Origin: Trueperaceae bacterium | GTDB lineage: Bacteria > Deinococcota > Deinococci > Deinococcales > Trueperaceae | Direction: 5' to 3' | Length of the DNA: 27,797 bases | Assembly (NCBI GenBank): GCA_040905465.1 | Contig: JBBDRK010000015.1 | Span: 1 to 27,797, forward strand | In this document: positions 1 through 9,661 of the stretch, in pieces | Position numbering within the stretch: position 1 is the first letter of the stretch | Layout of the letters: each line of letters opens with the position of its first letter | Translations under genes and position numbers: made by a program | Notes under the pieces: model-generated | Database searches by the model: none | Seen by the model: only the letters and a program-made list of their open reading frames with translations | What the model was told of the DNA's origin: nothing

Positions 1-55
1 CAATCGTCCCAACATTCACATGCGGCTTAGTACGCTCAAAAATCGCTTTCGCCAT
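1..55 (-). CDS. tuf: Elongation factor Tu, 5' fragment (runs off window start)
   Basis: Reverse complement reads ATG GCG AAA GCG ATT TTT GAG CGT ACT AAG CCG CAT GTG AAT GTT GGG ACG ATT = MAKAIFERTKPHVNVGTI; SD AAGGAG at 64-69; directly follows fusA. Not in the ORF track. Confidence 0.96.
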   Translation of the reverse strand, partial: MAKAIFERTKPHVNVGTI

Positions 56-80
56 TTCGATATCTCCTTATGTCCATTCC

Positions 81-101
81 GGGCCGGTAGGGTACCGGCC
101 C
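81..101. other. fusA-tuf intergenic hairpin
   Basis: GGGCCGGTA-ggg-TACCGGCCC, a 9-bp perfect stem with no U-tract; more likely a stability/processing hairpin than a terminator. Confidence 0.55.
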
Positions 102-108
102 CCAGCTA

Positions 109-2181
109 CTACTTCTTGACGAGTTCTTCCTGAATGTTGCGGGGCACCTGGGCGTAGTGATCGAGGAACATGGTGAAAGTTGCCCTGCCCTGCGAGAGGC
201 TGCGAAGGTCGGTTGCGTACCCGAACATTTCCGAGAGCGGCACGTGGCAGTTGATGACCTGCGCGTTTCCGCGCGGCTGCATTCCCTGGATCTGGCCCCG
301 GCGCGAGTTGATGTTGCCGATAACGTCGCCCATGTACTGCTCCGGAGTGACGACCTCGACACGCATGATCGGCTCGAGGATCGCCGCCCCGCCCTGGCTC
401 ATCACGTTTCGGATGGCCATGGAGGCAGCGATCTTGAAGGCCATCTCCGACGAGTCGACTTCGTGGTAGGAGCCTTCGTACAGAGACACCTTGACGTCGA
501 CGATCGGGAACCCGAGGAGCGGGCCGTTCTGCATGGCCTCCTCGACACCCTTCTGGACCGCCGGGATGTATTCGCGGGGAATCGTTCCACCGACGACGGC
601 GTTCTCGAACTCGAAGCCTTCGCCTCGGCCCTTCGGCTCGGCCTTGATCTTCACGTGGCCGTACTGACCACGCCCGCCGGTCTGGCGCACGAACTTGCCC
701 TCGACGTTGACCGCCTTGGTGATCGTCTCGCGGTAGGCGACCTGCGGAGCGCCCACGTGGGCGTTGACGTTGAACTCCCGGCGGAGCCGGTCGACGATGA
801 TCTCCAGGTGCAGTTCGCCCATGCCCGATATGACCGTCTGGCTGGTCTCCGGGTCGGTTATCACGCGGAAGGTCGGATCCTCTTCGGCCAGCTTGGCGAG
901 GCCGTTGGAGAGCTTGTCCTGGTCGGCCTTCGTGACCGGCTCGATGGCTACGGAGATTACCGGCTCCGGGATCTCGATCGATTCGAGCTCGATCGGATGG
1001 GCCGGATCCGCCAGCGTGTCGCCGGTGCTGGTGTCCTTGAGGCCGATAACCGCCCCGAGGTCTCCCGCGCCGATCCGCTCGACCTCTTCGCGCGAGTTGG
1101 CATGCATCTTGAGGAGGCGCCCGATGCGCTCCTTCTTGCCCTTCGACACGTTATAGACGTAAGAGCCCGACTCCAGAACGCCCGAATAGACGCGAACGAA
1201 CGTCAGCCGTCCCACGTAGGGGTCCGTCATGATCTTGAACGCCAGGGCCGAAGTCGGCGCGCTCACGTCGGCATGGCGGCTCTGCTCTTCTCCCGTGGCC
1301 AGGATCACACCCCTGATCGGCGGAACGTCGAGCGGGCTGGGCAGGTAGAGGGTCACCGCGTCCAGTAGCCGCTGAACGCCCTTGTTCTTGAGCGCGGAGC
1401 CGCAAAGCACCGGGTAGATCTCCAACGAGACGGCGCCCTTGCGGATGGCGTTGTGGATGAGCTCGTTGTCGACCTCTTCCCCTTCGAGGAAGTGCATGGC
1501 GATCTCGTCGTCGATGTCGGCAAGCTTCTCGATCATCAGCGTGCGCTTCTGCGCGGCCAGCTCCTGGTACTCCGCCGGGATCTCGCCGTGGATGATGTCC
1601 TGGCCGAGATCGTCCCCGTAGGTGTACGCCATCATCTCCACCAGGTCGATGATCCCTGTGAAGGAGTCCTCCTGGCCCATCGGCCACTGGATCGGCACCG
1701 CGTTGGCTCCCAGGCGCTCCTCCATCGAGGCGAGAACCAGCTGGAAGTCGGCGCCGGTCTTGTCCATCTTGTTGGCGAACGCCAGCCTCGGCACATGGTA
1801 CTTGTCCGCCTGGCGCCATACGGTTTCGGACTGGGGCTCCACGCCCTGGGAGGCATCGAAGACGGCTATGGCAGCGTCCAATACACGCATGGAGCGCTCG
1901 ACCTCCATGGTGAAGTCGACGTGACCGGGCGTGTCGATGATGTTGATCCGGGTATCGCCCCAGAACGCCTGCGTTACCGCGGACGTGATGGTGATTCCGC
2001 GTTCCTTCTCCTGCTCCATCCAATCCATCTGCGAGGCGCCTTCATGCGTCTCGCCGATCTTGTGAATGCGACCGGTGTAGAACAGGATTCGCTCGGTAAG
2101 CGTGGTCTTCCCCGCATCGATGTGTGCAGCGATACCGATGTTCCTGGTCTTCTTGAGATCAATCGTCGTTGGCGTTGCCAT
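109..2181 (-). CDS. fusA: Elongation factor G (690 aa)
   Basis: [26 protein letters not shown] and [10 protein letters not shown] motifs; SD AAGGAG upstream; str operon context. Confidence 0.99.
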   Translation of the reverse strand: MATPTTIDLKKTRNIGIAAHIDAGKTTLTERILFYTGRIHKIGETHEGASQMDWMEQEKERGITITSAVTQAFWGDTRINIIDTPGHVDFTMEVERSMRVLDAAIAVFDASQGVEPQSETVWRQADKYHVPRLAFANKMDKTGADFQLVLASMEERLGANAVPIQWPMGQEDSFTGIIDLVEMMAYTYGDDLGQDIIHGEIPAEYQELAAQKRTLMIEKLADIDDEIAMHFLEGEEVDNELIHNAIRKGAVSLEIYPVLCGSALKNKGVQRLLDAVTLYLPSPLDVPPIRGVILATGEEQSRHADVSAPTSALAFKIMTDPYVGRLTFVRVYSGVLESGSYVYNVSKGKKERIGRLLKMHANSREEVERIGAGDLGAVIGLKDTSTGDTLADPAHPIELESIEIPEPVISVAIEPVTKADQDKLSNGLAKLAEEDPTFRVITDPETSQTVISGMGELHLEIIVDRLRREFNVNAHVGAPQVAYRETITKAVNVEGKFVRQTGGRGQYGHVKIKAEPKGRGEGFEFENAVVGGTIPREYIPAVQKGVEEAMQNGPLLGFPIVDVKVSLYEGSYHEVDSSEMAFKIAASMAIRNVMSQGGAAILEPIMRVEVVTPEQYMGDVIGNINSRRGQIQGMQPRGNAQVINCHVPLSEMFGYATDLRSLSQGRATFTMFLDHYAQVPRNIQEELVKK

Positions 2182-2192
2182 TCTCTCTCCTT

Positions 2193-2292
2193 CAGCGTGC
2201 CGAGTGGCCTGTACTGATGACCGAAGGTCAACATGTGCGCGTTCCGTTGGCCGCAGCCAACAGGTCCTTATACCTACCCACTCGGACCGCTG
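2193..2292 (-). promoter_or_regulatory. Candidate structured cis-regulatory RNA upstream of fusA
   Basis: Nested complementary segments 2193-2197/2288-2292, 2200-2207/2278-2285 and 2208-2212/2260-2264, with inner hairpins 2218-2230 (UUCG loop on minus strand) and 2246-2261; abuts the fusA SD. Confidence 0.5.
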
Positions 2293-2306
2293 CCGCCTCC
2301 CTATTC

Positions 2307-2395
2307 GCGGCTGCCATCTACCGGCGCCCTTCTGTCAGATGCCTATCGCCAGCTGCCGATTACCAGCTGCCGATTACCAGCTGCCGATTACCAGC
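2307..2395. repeat. 14-bp tandem repeat CCAGCTGCCGATTA
   Basis: Three perfect copies at 2349-2390, a partial copy at 2391-2395 and degenerate in-register copies at 2307, 2321 and 2335; overlaps the rpsG stop codon. Confidence 0.9.
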
Positions 2396-2858
2396 GGTAA
2401 TGGGCATAGGCGCGGTTGGCCTCGGCCATCCGCTCGACATCTTCCTTCTTCTTCACGGCGCCGCCGCGGCCTTGCGACGCGTCCAAGAGCTCGCCAGCCA
2501 CCCGTTCGACGGCGGTGCGCTCGGGACGCGAGTCCGAAGCGGCCACCAGCCAGCGCAACGAAAGCGACTGCGAGCGGCGGGGGCCAACCTCTATAGGCAC
2601 CTGGTAAGTGGCGCCGCCTACGCGCCGGCTCTTTACCTCGATACGCGGCTTTACATTGTCCAGCGCTTGCCTGAATACCTTGAGCGGCTCCTGGCCGCTG
2701 CGTTCCTGGATAAGTCGGCATGAACCGTAAAAGATGCGGCTGGCCAGATTCTTCTTGCCGTCGCGCATGATCTTGTTGACGAACGCCGTTACCGTCGTGT
2801 CGCTATATACCAGGTCGGGTTCGAGCTTGCGAACCTCTGCTCTGCGTCTGCGTGCCAT
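2388..2858 (-). CDS. rpsG: 30S ribosomal protein S7
   Basis: MARRRRAEVR...EVKSRRVGGATYQVP...MAEANRAYAHYRW; 156 aa. Confidence 0.99.
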   Translation of the reverse strand: MARRRRAEVRKLEPDLVYSDTTVTAFVNKIMRDGKKNLASRIFYGSCRLIQERSGQEPLKVFRQALDNVKPRIEVKSRRVGGATYQVPIEVGPRRSQSLSLRWLVAASDSRPERTAVERVAGELLDASQGRGGAVKKKEDVERMAEANRAYAHYRW

Positions 2859-2879
2859 CCTCTACCTCACCCGTCTCAA

Positions 2880-3266
2880 TTACTTCGGCTTCTTGGTGCC
2901 GTACTTGGAACGACCCTGATTGCGCTGAACATACCGGCCGACACCAACGCCCTGAGCGTCGAGTGCGCCTCGAACGATGTGATAGCGAACGCCTGGAAGA
3001 TCCTTGACACGACCGCCGCGGATGAGCACCACGGAGTGCTCCTGGAGGTTGTGTTTCTCACCGGGGATATAGGCGGTGACTTCATACCCGCTGGAGAGCC
3101 GGACTCGGGCGATCTTGCGGAGCGCCGAGTTGGGCTTCTTGGGCGTCTGGGTCTTCACCGCGGTGCAAACCCCACGACGTTGCGGGCTCCCCTTGAGTGC
3201 GGGGGTCTTGTTCTTCTTCTTGAGGGTCTTGCGACCCTTCCGGAGAAGCTGGTTGACCGTTGGCAG
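2880..3266 (-). CDS. rpsL: 30S ribosomal protein S12 (probable CTG start)
   Basis: [42 protein letters not shown] at 3276-3281 abuts the TTG (3275) but lies 9 nt from the CTG at 3266, which aligns with the conserved Met of MPTxNQL. Confidence 0.97.
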   Translation of the reverse strand: MPTVNQLLRKGRKTLKKKNKTPALKGSPQRRGVCTAVKTQTPKKPNSALRKIARVRLSSGYEVTAYIPGEKHNLQEHSVVLIRGGRVKDLPGVRYHIVRGALDAQGVGVGRYVQRNQGRSKYGTKKPK

Positions 3267-3444
3267 AGTGATCAACTCCTTCTTTCGTTTCGCCAGCTGG
3301 CCTGATCAGGCCCTTCGCTGCACTGTGAGGACAGTCGGAACCAGAGTCAGCGGACGCGGCCAAAAACGCAGCCGGATGACTCAGACGCACGACAAACTTG
3401 CCCCCGGACCCATCCCTGCGGGCCTGGAGGGCTCAAACCTGGAC

Positions 3445-3474
3445 AGTATACAGAACTCTGTTCAAGTAGTTCAA
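3445..3474 (-). promoter_or_regulatory. Sigma-A type promoter of the str operon
   Basis: Minus strand TTGAAC (3474-3469), 18 nt, TATACT (3450-3445); implies a ~170-nt 5' UTR. Confidence 0.7.
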
Positions 3475-3487
3475 GTCGTAGGCGACG

Positions 3488-4635
<1,148 letters not shown>

Positions 4636-4639
<4 letters not shown>

Positions 4640-5154
4640 CTGTCGGGCCAGTCATGCGGAGTCGGCAATCTGGCGGTCGCGGCAGCCGCGGTCTGTTCCC
4701 GTCTGAATGAGATCAGCCGCTCCCGAAGCTCACTCCGGGCCAGAGCAAGGATCTGGACCGCCAGCAGAGCTGCGTTCGCAGCCCCGGACGGCCCTATCGC
4801 CAGTGTTCCGACCGCCACACCTCTGGGCATCTGGACGATCGACAGCAGCGAGTCGTGGCCGCCTAGCGCCTTGCTCTGAACCGGGACACCGAGAACCGGG
4901 AGGTGAGTCTGGGCGGCGATCATCCCAGGCAGATGAGCCGCGCCGCCGGCGCCGGCCACTATCACCTCTATGCCCTCCGCCGCCGCACCGGAGGCGAACT
5001 CAGCCATCAACCCGGGAGTGCGGTGAGCCGAGACCACCTTGCAGTAGTGGGGGACCTCCAGCCGAGAGAGCAACTCGTCGGCGTGCTTCATCGTCTCCCA
5101 GTCGCTCGTGCTGCCCATCACCACTGCAACCAGTGGACTGTCGCTCTCGCTCAT
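4636..5154 (-). CDS. purE: N5-carboxyaminoimidazole ribonucleotide mutase
   Basis: [40 protein letters not shown] upstream. Confidence 0.98.
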
Positions 5155-5192
5155 GCCTCTCCTCCTGCCGTCCGGGTGCCCGGGGCGGCCGG

Positions 5193-6161
5193 TCAGGCCC
5201 GGGACGGCCCGGCCGCTCGCCCCAGGCGATCGTTGACGGCTTCCCAGTCGGGCACCCGGGGCGGCTCCTCGATCAGTATCGGCCGCCCGATCACGTCGAG
5301 CTCCCGGAGTGCCGAGTACAGCTCGCGGGCGTATCCGGCCGGCTCGTCCGGCAACCGCAGCCAGCGGCTGCGGAAACCGGCGGGCGCCGGCCTCCTCGCT
5401 AACACGGACACCCCGGGATTGCCGGCCAGCTCCCTCTCGAGCAGTTCCGCCGAAACCAATCGGGCAGGGCTTCGAGGGGCGTAGTGGCTCGCCAGCCTTC
5501 CCGGCGCACGCGGTCCGTCATGCTCGTCGGCCGAGGTCGGCGCGGCCCCTAGCACCCGGGCCAGTTGCTCGCGCGACACGGCGCCCGGACGCAACAGTAG
5601 CGGGACCGCGCCGCTCAGGTCCACGATCGTCGACTCCACGCCGATAGTGCTGGCCCCGCCATCGAGCACCATGGCGACTTCGTCGCCCAACTCGGTCAGC
5701 GCATGCTCGGCGCGAGTCGGACTGATTCGCCCGAACCGGTTGGCGGAAGGGGCAACCAAAGCTCCACCGAACTCCGCCAGCAGCCCCAACGCCAGCGGGT
5801 GGGCGGGGATCCTGATGGCGACGGTGTCCTGACCGCCGGTGACCAGCGTGGAAACCCTGGGACCGCGGCGCAGCACCATGGTGAGCGGACCGGGCCAGTA
5901 GGCACGCGCCAGCAGCCTCGCCTGCTCGGGCACCTCATCTGCCCACTCGTCGAGCGACAGGGCCGAGGCGAGGTGGACGATGAGAGGATGTTCCGCCGGC
6001 CTCCCCTTGGCCCGGAAGATACGCCCTACCGCCGCGTTGTTCGACGCGTCGGCGCCAACGCCGTAGACCGTCTCGGTCGGGAAACAGACGAGCTCGCCGG
6101 CGCGCAGCAGGTCGGCGGCACGCCCGAGATTCTCCTTGCTGGCTGGTACCACCTCGGTCAT
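5193..6161 (-). CDS. sua5: L-threonylcarbamoyladenylate synthase, Sua5 type (YrdC + SUA5 domains)
   Basis: [29 protein letters not shown], and linker [14 protein letters not shown] overlap with the upstream gene. Confidence 0.94.
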   Translation of the reverse strand: MTEVVPASKENLGRAADLLRAGELVCFPTETVYGVGADASNNAAVGRIFRAKGRPAEHPLIVHLASALSLDEWADEVPEQARLLARAYWPGPLTMVLRRGPRVSTLVTGGQDTVAIRIPAHPLALGLLAEFGGALVAPSANRFGRISPTRAEHALTELGDEVAMVLDGGASTIGVESTIVDLSGAVPLLLRPGAVSREQLARVLGAAPTSADEHDGPRAPGRLASHYAPRSPARLVSAELLERELAGNPGVSVLARRPAPAGFRSRWLRLPDEPAGYARELYSALRELDVIGRPILIEEPPRVPDWEAVNDRLGRAAGPSRA

Positions 6162-7507
6162 AAGCAGGAGTCTAACTCTGACCCGCTCTCCCGTTCGCCG
6201 ACGATCACGATGCGCAGGTCGTTGACATTGGTGCCGGTGGGGCCGCTCACCAGCAGGTGGCCGCTCTCGGCGAACACGCCGTAGCTGTCATTGTCCGTCA
6301 GTAGCGACGCTGCCCGTCGGCGGTCCAGCTCCGCCAGCAGGGAAGGACTTACCAGTACCCCGGCATTGTCCTCACTGCCGTCGATTCCATCGGTGTCGGC
6401 TGCCAGGGCCCAGATCGGGGCGCCGGCGGGCAGGGCCAGAGCGAGCGCCAGACCGAACTCGCCGTTGCGCCCGCCGCGGCCGGAGCCGCGGACCGTGACA
6501 GTGGTCTCGCCGCCGGAGATCAGCGCGCACGGCGGCGCGAACGGCTGGCCCCGCTCGAGCATCTGGCACGCTATCGCCGCGTGGAGCCGGGCCACTTCGC
6601 GCGACTCGCCGACCATGGTGCTCGACAGGACGTGGGCCGCGAAGCCCGCACCTTCGAGCACCCGTGCGGCCGCATCCAGACTGAGCTGGTTGCCGCCCAC
6701 CAGCCTGGTTTCCACGTGAGCCAACTCGCCGCCGCCCGGCTTGGGCGTCTCCCGCCGTTCTCCGCGAGCACCTTCGTCCAATAACGATCGTGCCGGACGA
6801 GAATCGATCCCGTATCGGTCGAGCACCGCCAAGGCGTCCCGATAGCTGCTGGGATCGGCCACGGTCGGGCCCGAGGCGATGCTGGAGAGATCGTCCCCGA
6901 CCACATCGGACAGCACCAGGGCGACCACCTTCGCCGGTGCCGCGACCATGGCAAGCCTGCCGCCCTTGACGCGCGACAGGTGTTTACGCACGGCGTTGAT
7001 CTCGGTGATGTCGGCCCCGGAGCGCAACAACTCGCCGGTGAGCTCCGCCTTCTCGGCGAGAGACACCCCGTCCGGGGCACAGAGGAGCGAGGAGCCGCCG
7101 CCGGAGACGAGGACCAGCACCAGGTCGCGTTCGGTGCAGCGGGCGACCTCGCTCAGGATCCGTTCGGTGGCGGCAACGCCTCGGGCGTCTGGCACGGGAT
7201 GGCTGGCGTGAGCGATCTCTATTCGGCCCGCGCGACCGGCGGGACCTGCGTGGCCCGTTGCCCGGTCGCGGCGACCCGGCGCGATGACCATGCCCGACAG
7301 CGTGACCTCCTCACCGTAATGGCCGTCCACCGCCACCGCCATCGCCGCGGCGGCCTTGCCGGCGCCGACCACCAGCAGCCGCCCGCGAGGCGGCGACGGT
7401 AACGCGCCGAGAATGACCTTCGACGGGTCTGCCGCCGCCACGGCTGCCTGAAAGGATTGCTCCAACAACGGCCGCAGATCGGCCCGGCTCGTATTGGCTG
7501 CGCTCAC
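6158..7507 (-). CDS. Glycerate 2-kinase (DUF4147 + MOFRL, TtuD/GckA family)
   Basis: GAGKAA, HPVPD, SGGGSSL, RKHLSRVKGG, SDVVGDDLSSIASGPT, SGGETTV, GGRNGE, TDGIDG, GPTGTNVND. Confidence 0.92.
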   Translation of the reverse strand: MSAANTSRADLRPLLEQSFQAAVAAADPSKVILGALPSPPRGRLLVVGAGKAAAAMAVAVDGHYGEEVTLSGMVIAPGRRDRATGHAGPAGRAGRIEIAHASHPVPDARGVAATERILSEVARCTERDLVLVLVSGGGSSLLCAPDGVSLAEKAELTGELLRSGADITEINAVRKHLSRVKGGRLAMVAAPAKVVALVLSDVVGDDLSSIASGPTVADPSSYRDALAVLDRYGIDSRPARSLLDEGARGERRETPKPGGGELAHVETRLVGGNQLSLDAAARVLEGAGFAAHVLSSTMVGESREVARLHAAIACQMLERGQPFAPPCALISGGETTVTVRGSGRGGRNGEFGLALALALPAGAPIWALAADTDGIDGSEDNAGVLVSPSLLAELDRRRAASLLTDNDSYGVFAESGHLLVSGPTGTNVNDLRIVIVGERESGSELDSCL

Positions 7508-7524
7508 CGGGCTAGAATACCGTC
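7508..7524. promoter_or_regulatory. Bidirectional promoter with overlapping -10 elements
   Basis: Plus strand TAGAAT 7513-7518, 6 nt, ATG 7525; minus strand TATTCT 7519-7514, 6 nt, GTG 7507. Confidence 0.7.
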
Positions 7525-7809
7525 ATGTTCGGGCTCTTTCGTCGACAAGATCCGCACTTCCGCGATGACGGCAACTTCCTTCTCGCCCGCGTACGCACGG
7601 AGCGTCACGCGGAGGAGATCGCTGTGCGACTCTCCAAGACCAGTGAATTGAGCGCTCAGGGCGGAGGGTATTTCGTCCGCAAAGTGCTGCTGGGACCGAA
7701 GAGCCTCGATCAGGCGATCCTCGAGGTCAGCACCAACCGCGCCCACAAGGTGCTGCGCCATACCGTCGACGGCGGCAGCCTGGTGCCCGTGCGCGAGTGG
7801 CGCGACTGA
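7525..7809 (+). CDS. Hypothetical protein (94 aa), probably leaderless
   Basis: GC3-rich codons; fills the gap between flanking genes; -10 element 6 nt before the ATG; no function recognised. Confidence 0.75.
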   Translation: MFGLFRRQDPHFRDDGNFLLARVRTERHAEEIAVRLSKTSELSAQGGGYFVRKVLLGPKSLDQAILEVSTNRAHKVLRHTVDGGSLVPVREWRD

Positions 7810-7832
7810 GCGCGGCCGCCAGCGATCCTCAC

Positions 7833-8228
7833 CTATTGCGCGCTCACCAGGTCGGGTCGCAACGCCTTGGCTTCACGAAGATAGATGTGACGCATCTCGG
7901 CCTGACTCTTTCGAGTGTTCAGCTGCATCATCACCCTGATCGCCCGCGGCACCCTGTTGGGAACCGGTATCTCCTGATTGCAAAGTAGCGGAACCAGCGT
8001 CATTCCCAGCCGCCGAGCGGCTTCGGCAGGGAAGGTGCTTCGAATGTCGGGTGTGGTCGTGAAGAAGATGGCGGCGATCGGCTCGAAATCGGCTATGCCG
8101 TTCGCGGCCAACATCTCCTCGAGCAGCTCGCCGGTAGCCTCCAGCACCAGCTCGGCGTCGTCACTGGTGACGGTGGTGGCGCCCCTGATTCCTCGTACCC
8201 AATAGGGCCTCTCGCCGATGTCGCTCAT
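7833..8228 (-). CDS. aroH: Chorismate mutase, AroH class
   Basis: VRGIRGATTV, FTTTPDI, FPAEAAR, VPLLCNQEIPV, HIYLREAKALRPDL; start trimmed to the Met at 8228. Confidence 0.93.
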   Translation of the reverse strand: MSDIGERPYWVRGIRGATTVTSDDAELVLEATGELLEEMLAANGIADFEPIAAIFFTTTPDIRSTFPAEAARRLGMTLVPLLCNQEIPVPNRVPRAIRVMMQLNTRKSQAEMRHIYLREAKALRPDLVSAQ

Positions 8229-8340
8229 CGCATACTCGCTGGGCGGCTCTGGCGGTTCGTCATCAGCGAAGTCTACCAGAGAGATCTGGCCGAGGCGTAC
8301 AACGACCAGGCTCCAGCGCGCCGGGCTGCTAGCTTTAGTC

Positions 8341-9534
8341 ATGAGCCTTCCAGGAGCCGACGAGACGAGCGAGGCGTGGTTCGAACCGGATGCCGATCAG
8401 CGGGCGATCGTCGCGAACCTGCGCGACTACCTGCGCAGGGAAGTAGCGCCTGGCGCCCGCCACCGCGATGAATCCGGTGAGTTCCCGGCCGAACTGGTGC
8501 GCGGACTGGCGGAGCTGGGTCTCTTTGGGTTACAGGTCCCTGAACGGTTTGGTGGAGCCGAACTGTCCACGGTAACCGCGGCGGCGATCATCGAGGAGAT
8601 CGCTGCCGTCGACGGGTCGTTGTGCCTCACGGTGGCGTCTCACAACTCGTTGTGCGTGGGTCACCTGTTGCTGGCGGGAGACGAGGAGCAGAAGGAGCAA
8701 TGGCTTTCACCGCTGTCGCGCGGAGAGCGCCTGGGTGCCTGGTGCCTGACGGAACCCGGCTCCGGATCCGACGCGGCGGCCCTGTCCACCCGGGCGGTCG
8801 AGCAGGGCGGGGGATTCGTGCTCAACGGGTCGAAGTCGTTCATCACCCAGGGAACGGTTGCCGGCACCTATGTGGTGCTCGCTCGCACCGACGATGCCCG
8901 GCCGCAACTCGGAAAGGCCGACGGTATCAGTGCTTTCCTGGTCGATGGAGCCTCATCCGGCCTGCTGCGGGGTCGCCCGGAGGAGAAGCTGGGGCTGCAC
9001 TCGTCCGACACCACCGCATTGACCTTCGAGAATCTCGAGGTGCCGCCCACCAACATGCTCGGCCGGCGCGGCGCCGCCTTCAGCGACGTAACTCAGGTGC
9101 TGGCGGGCGGACGCATAGGAATAGGTGCCATGGGCATCGGCCTGGGTCGTGCCGCCCTGGAGATCGCCGCGCGCTACGCGCTGGAGCGCGAGCAGTTCGG
9201 TCGGCCGATCGCCAGCAACCAGGGCGTCAGCTTCAAACTCGCCGAGATGGCCACCGAGCTCGACGCTGCCCGCCTGCTGGTGCTGAAGGCAGCCGCCCTG
9301 CGCGATTCCGGACGGGACTTCGGCATGGCCGCCGCCCAGGCAAAGCTCAAGGGCTCGGTAGCGGGAGTGCAGGCATGCGATCACGCGATCCAGATTCTGG
9401 GCGGCTACGGTTACATGCGCGAGTACGAAGTCGAGCGGTTGTGGCGCGATGCCAGGCTCACCCGCATCGGCGAAGGCACCGACGAGGTACAGCACATGAT
9501 CATCGCCCGAGAATACCTGAAGCGCTTCCGTTGA
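8341..9534 (+). CDS. Acyl-CoA dehydrogenase family protein
   Basis: WCLTEPGSGSDAA, LNGSKSFIT, KLGLHSSDT, RIGIGAM, REQFGRPI, QILGGYGY, RIGEGTDEVQ; start taken at ATG 8341, after extended -10 TGcTAGCTT (8327-8335). Confidence 0.93.
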   Translation: MSLPGADETSEAWFEPDADQRAIVANLRDYLRREVAPGARHRDESGEFPAELVRGLAELGLFGLQVPERFGGAELSTVTAAAIIEEIAAVDGSLCLTVASHNSLCVGHLLLAGDEEQKEQWLSPLSRGERLGAWCLTEPGSGSDAAALSTRAVEQGGGFVLNGSKSFITQGTVAGTYVVLARTDDARPQLGKADGISAFLVDGASSGLLRGRPEEKLGLHSSDTTALTFENLEVPPTNMLGRRGAAFSDVTQVLAGGRIGIGAMGIGLGRAALEIAARYALEREQFGRPIASNQGVSFKLAEMATELDAARLLVLKAAALRDSGRDFGMAAAQAKLKGSVAGVQACDHAIQILGGYGYMREYEVERLWRDARLTRIGEGTDEVQHMIIAREYLKRFR

Positions 9535-9554
9535 ATTTCATACGCTGTGTTGCA

Positions 9555-9575
9555 CAGGCGGCAGCTTGCCGTCTG
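9555..9575 (+). terminator. Hairpin downstream of the acyl-CoA dehydrogenase gene
   Basis: CAGGCGGCA-gct-TGCCGTCTG (9-bp stem with one G-U); weak U-tract. Confidence 0.4.
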
Positions 9576-9584
9576 ATAGGTTGT

Positions 9585-9660
9585 TCGTCATGACCTCGTT
9601 GGAAATGACAGCGTGTTCGTGATCACACCTATCGTAATGACACCTCTATCGTAATGACAG
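9585..9660. repeat. Five degenerate direct repeats, consensus TCGTAATGACA
   Basis: ATGAC/ATCAC cores at 9590, 9605, 9622, 9637 and 9654 (spacing 15/17/15/17); two exact CTATCGTAATGACA copies. Confidence 0.65.
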
Positions 9661-9661
9661 A

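Noticed and set aside
157..2217. Long plus-strand ORFs (403 aa, 254 aa) opposite fusA, and similar long alternative-frame ORFs elsewhere (e.g. 12888-14309, 14251-15684, 24925-26220)
   Set aside because: Shadow ORFs expected at high GC3; they overlap well-supported genes and show no motifs.
2349..2395. Tandem repeats (here, at 9585-9660 and at 27731-27790) as a CRISPR array
   Set aside because: Units are 12-17 bp with no unique spacers of CRISPR length, and there are no cas genes.
8248..8261. 14-bp match (GACGAACCGCCAGA, minus strand) to the terminal tandem repeat
   Set aside because: A single short GC-rich match noticed post hoc, with no supporting structure.
9601..9647. Fluoride (crcB) riboswitch upstream of a fluorinase-superfamily gene, suggested by GTGTTCG...TAATGACACCT
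   Set aside because: The conserved 5' GGCGATGG-type segment and P1 pairing are missing, the pseudoknot partner is imperfect, and the 3' motif is one unit of a local repeat. An Rfam cmscan would settle it.
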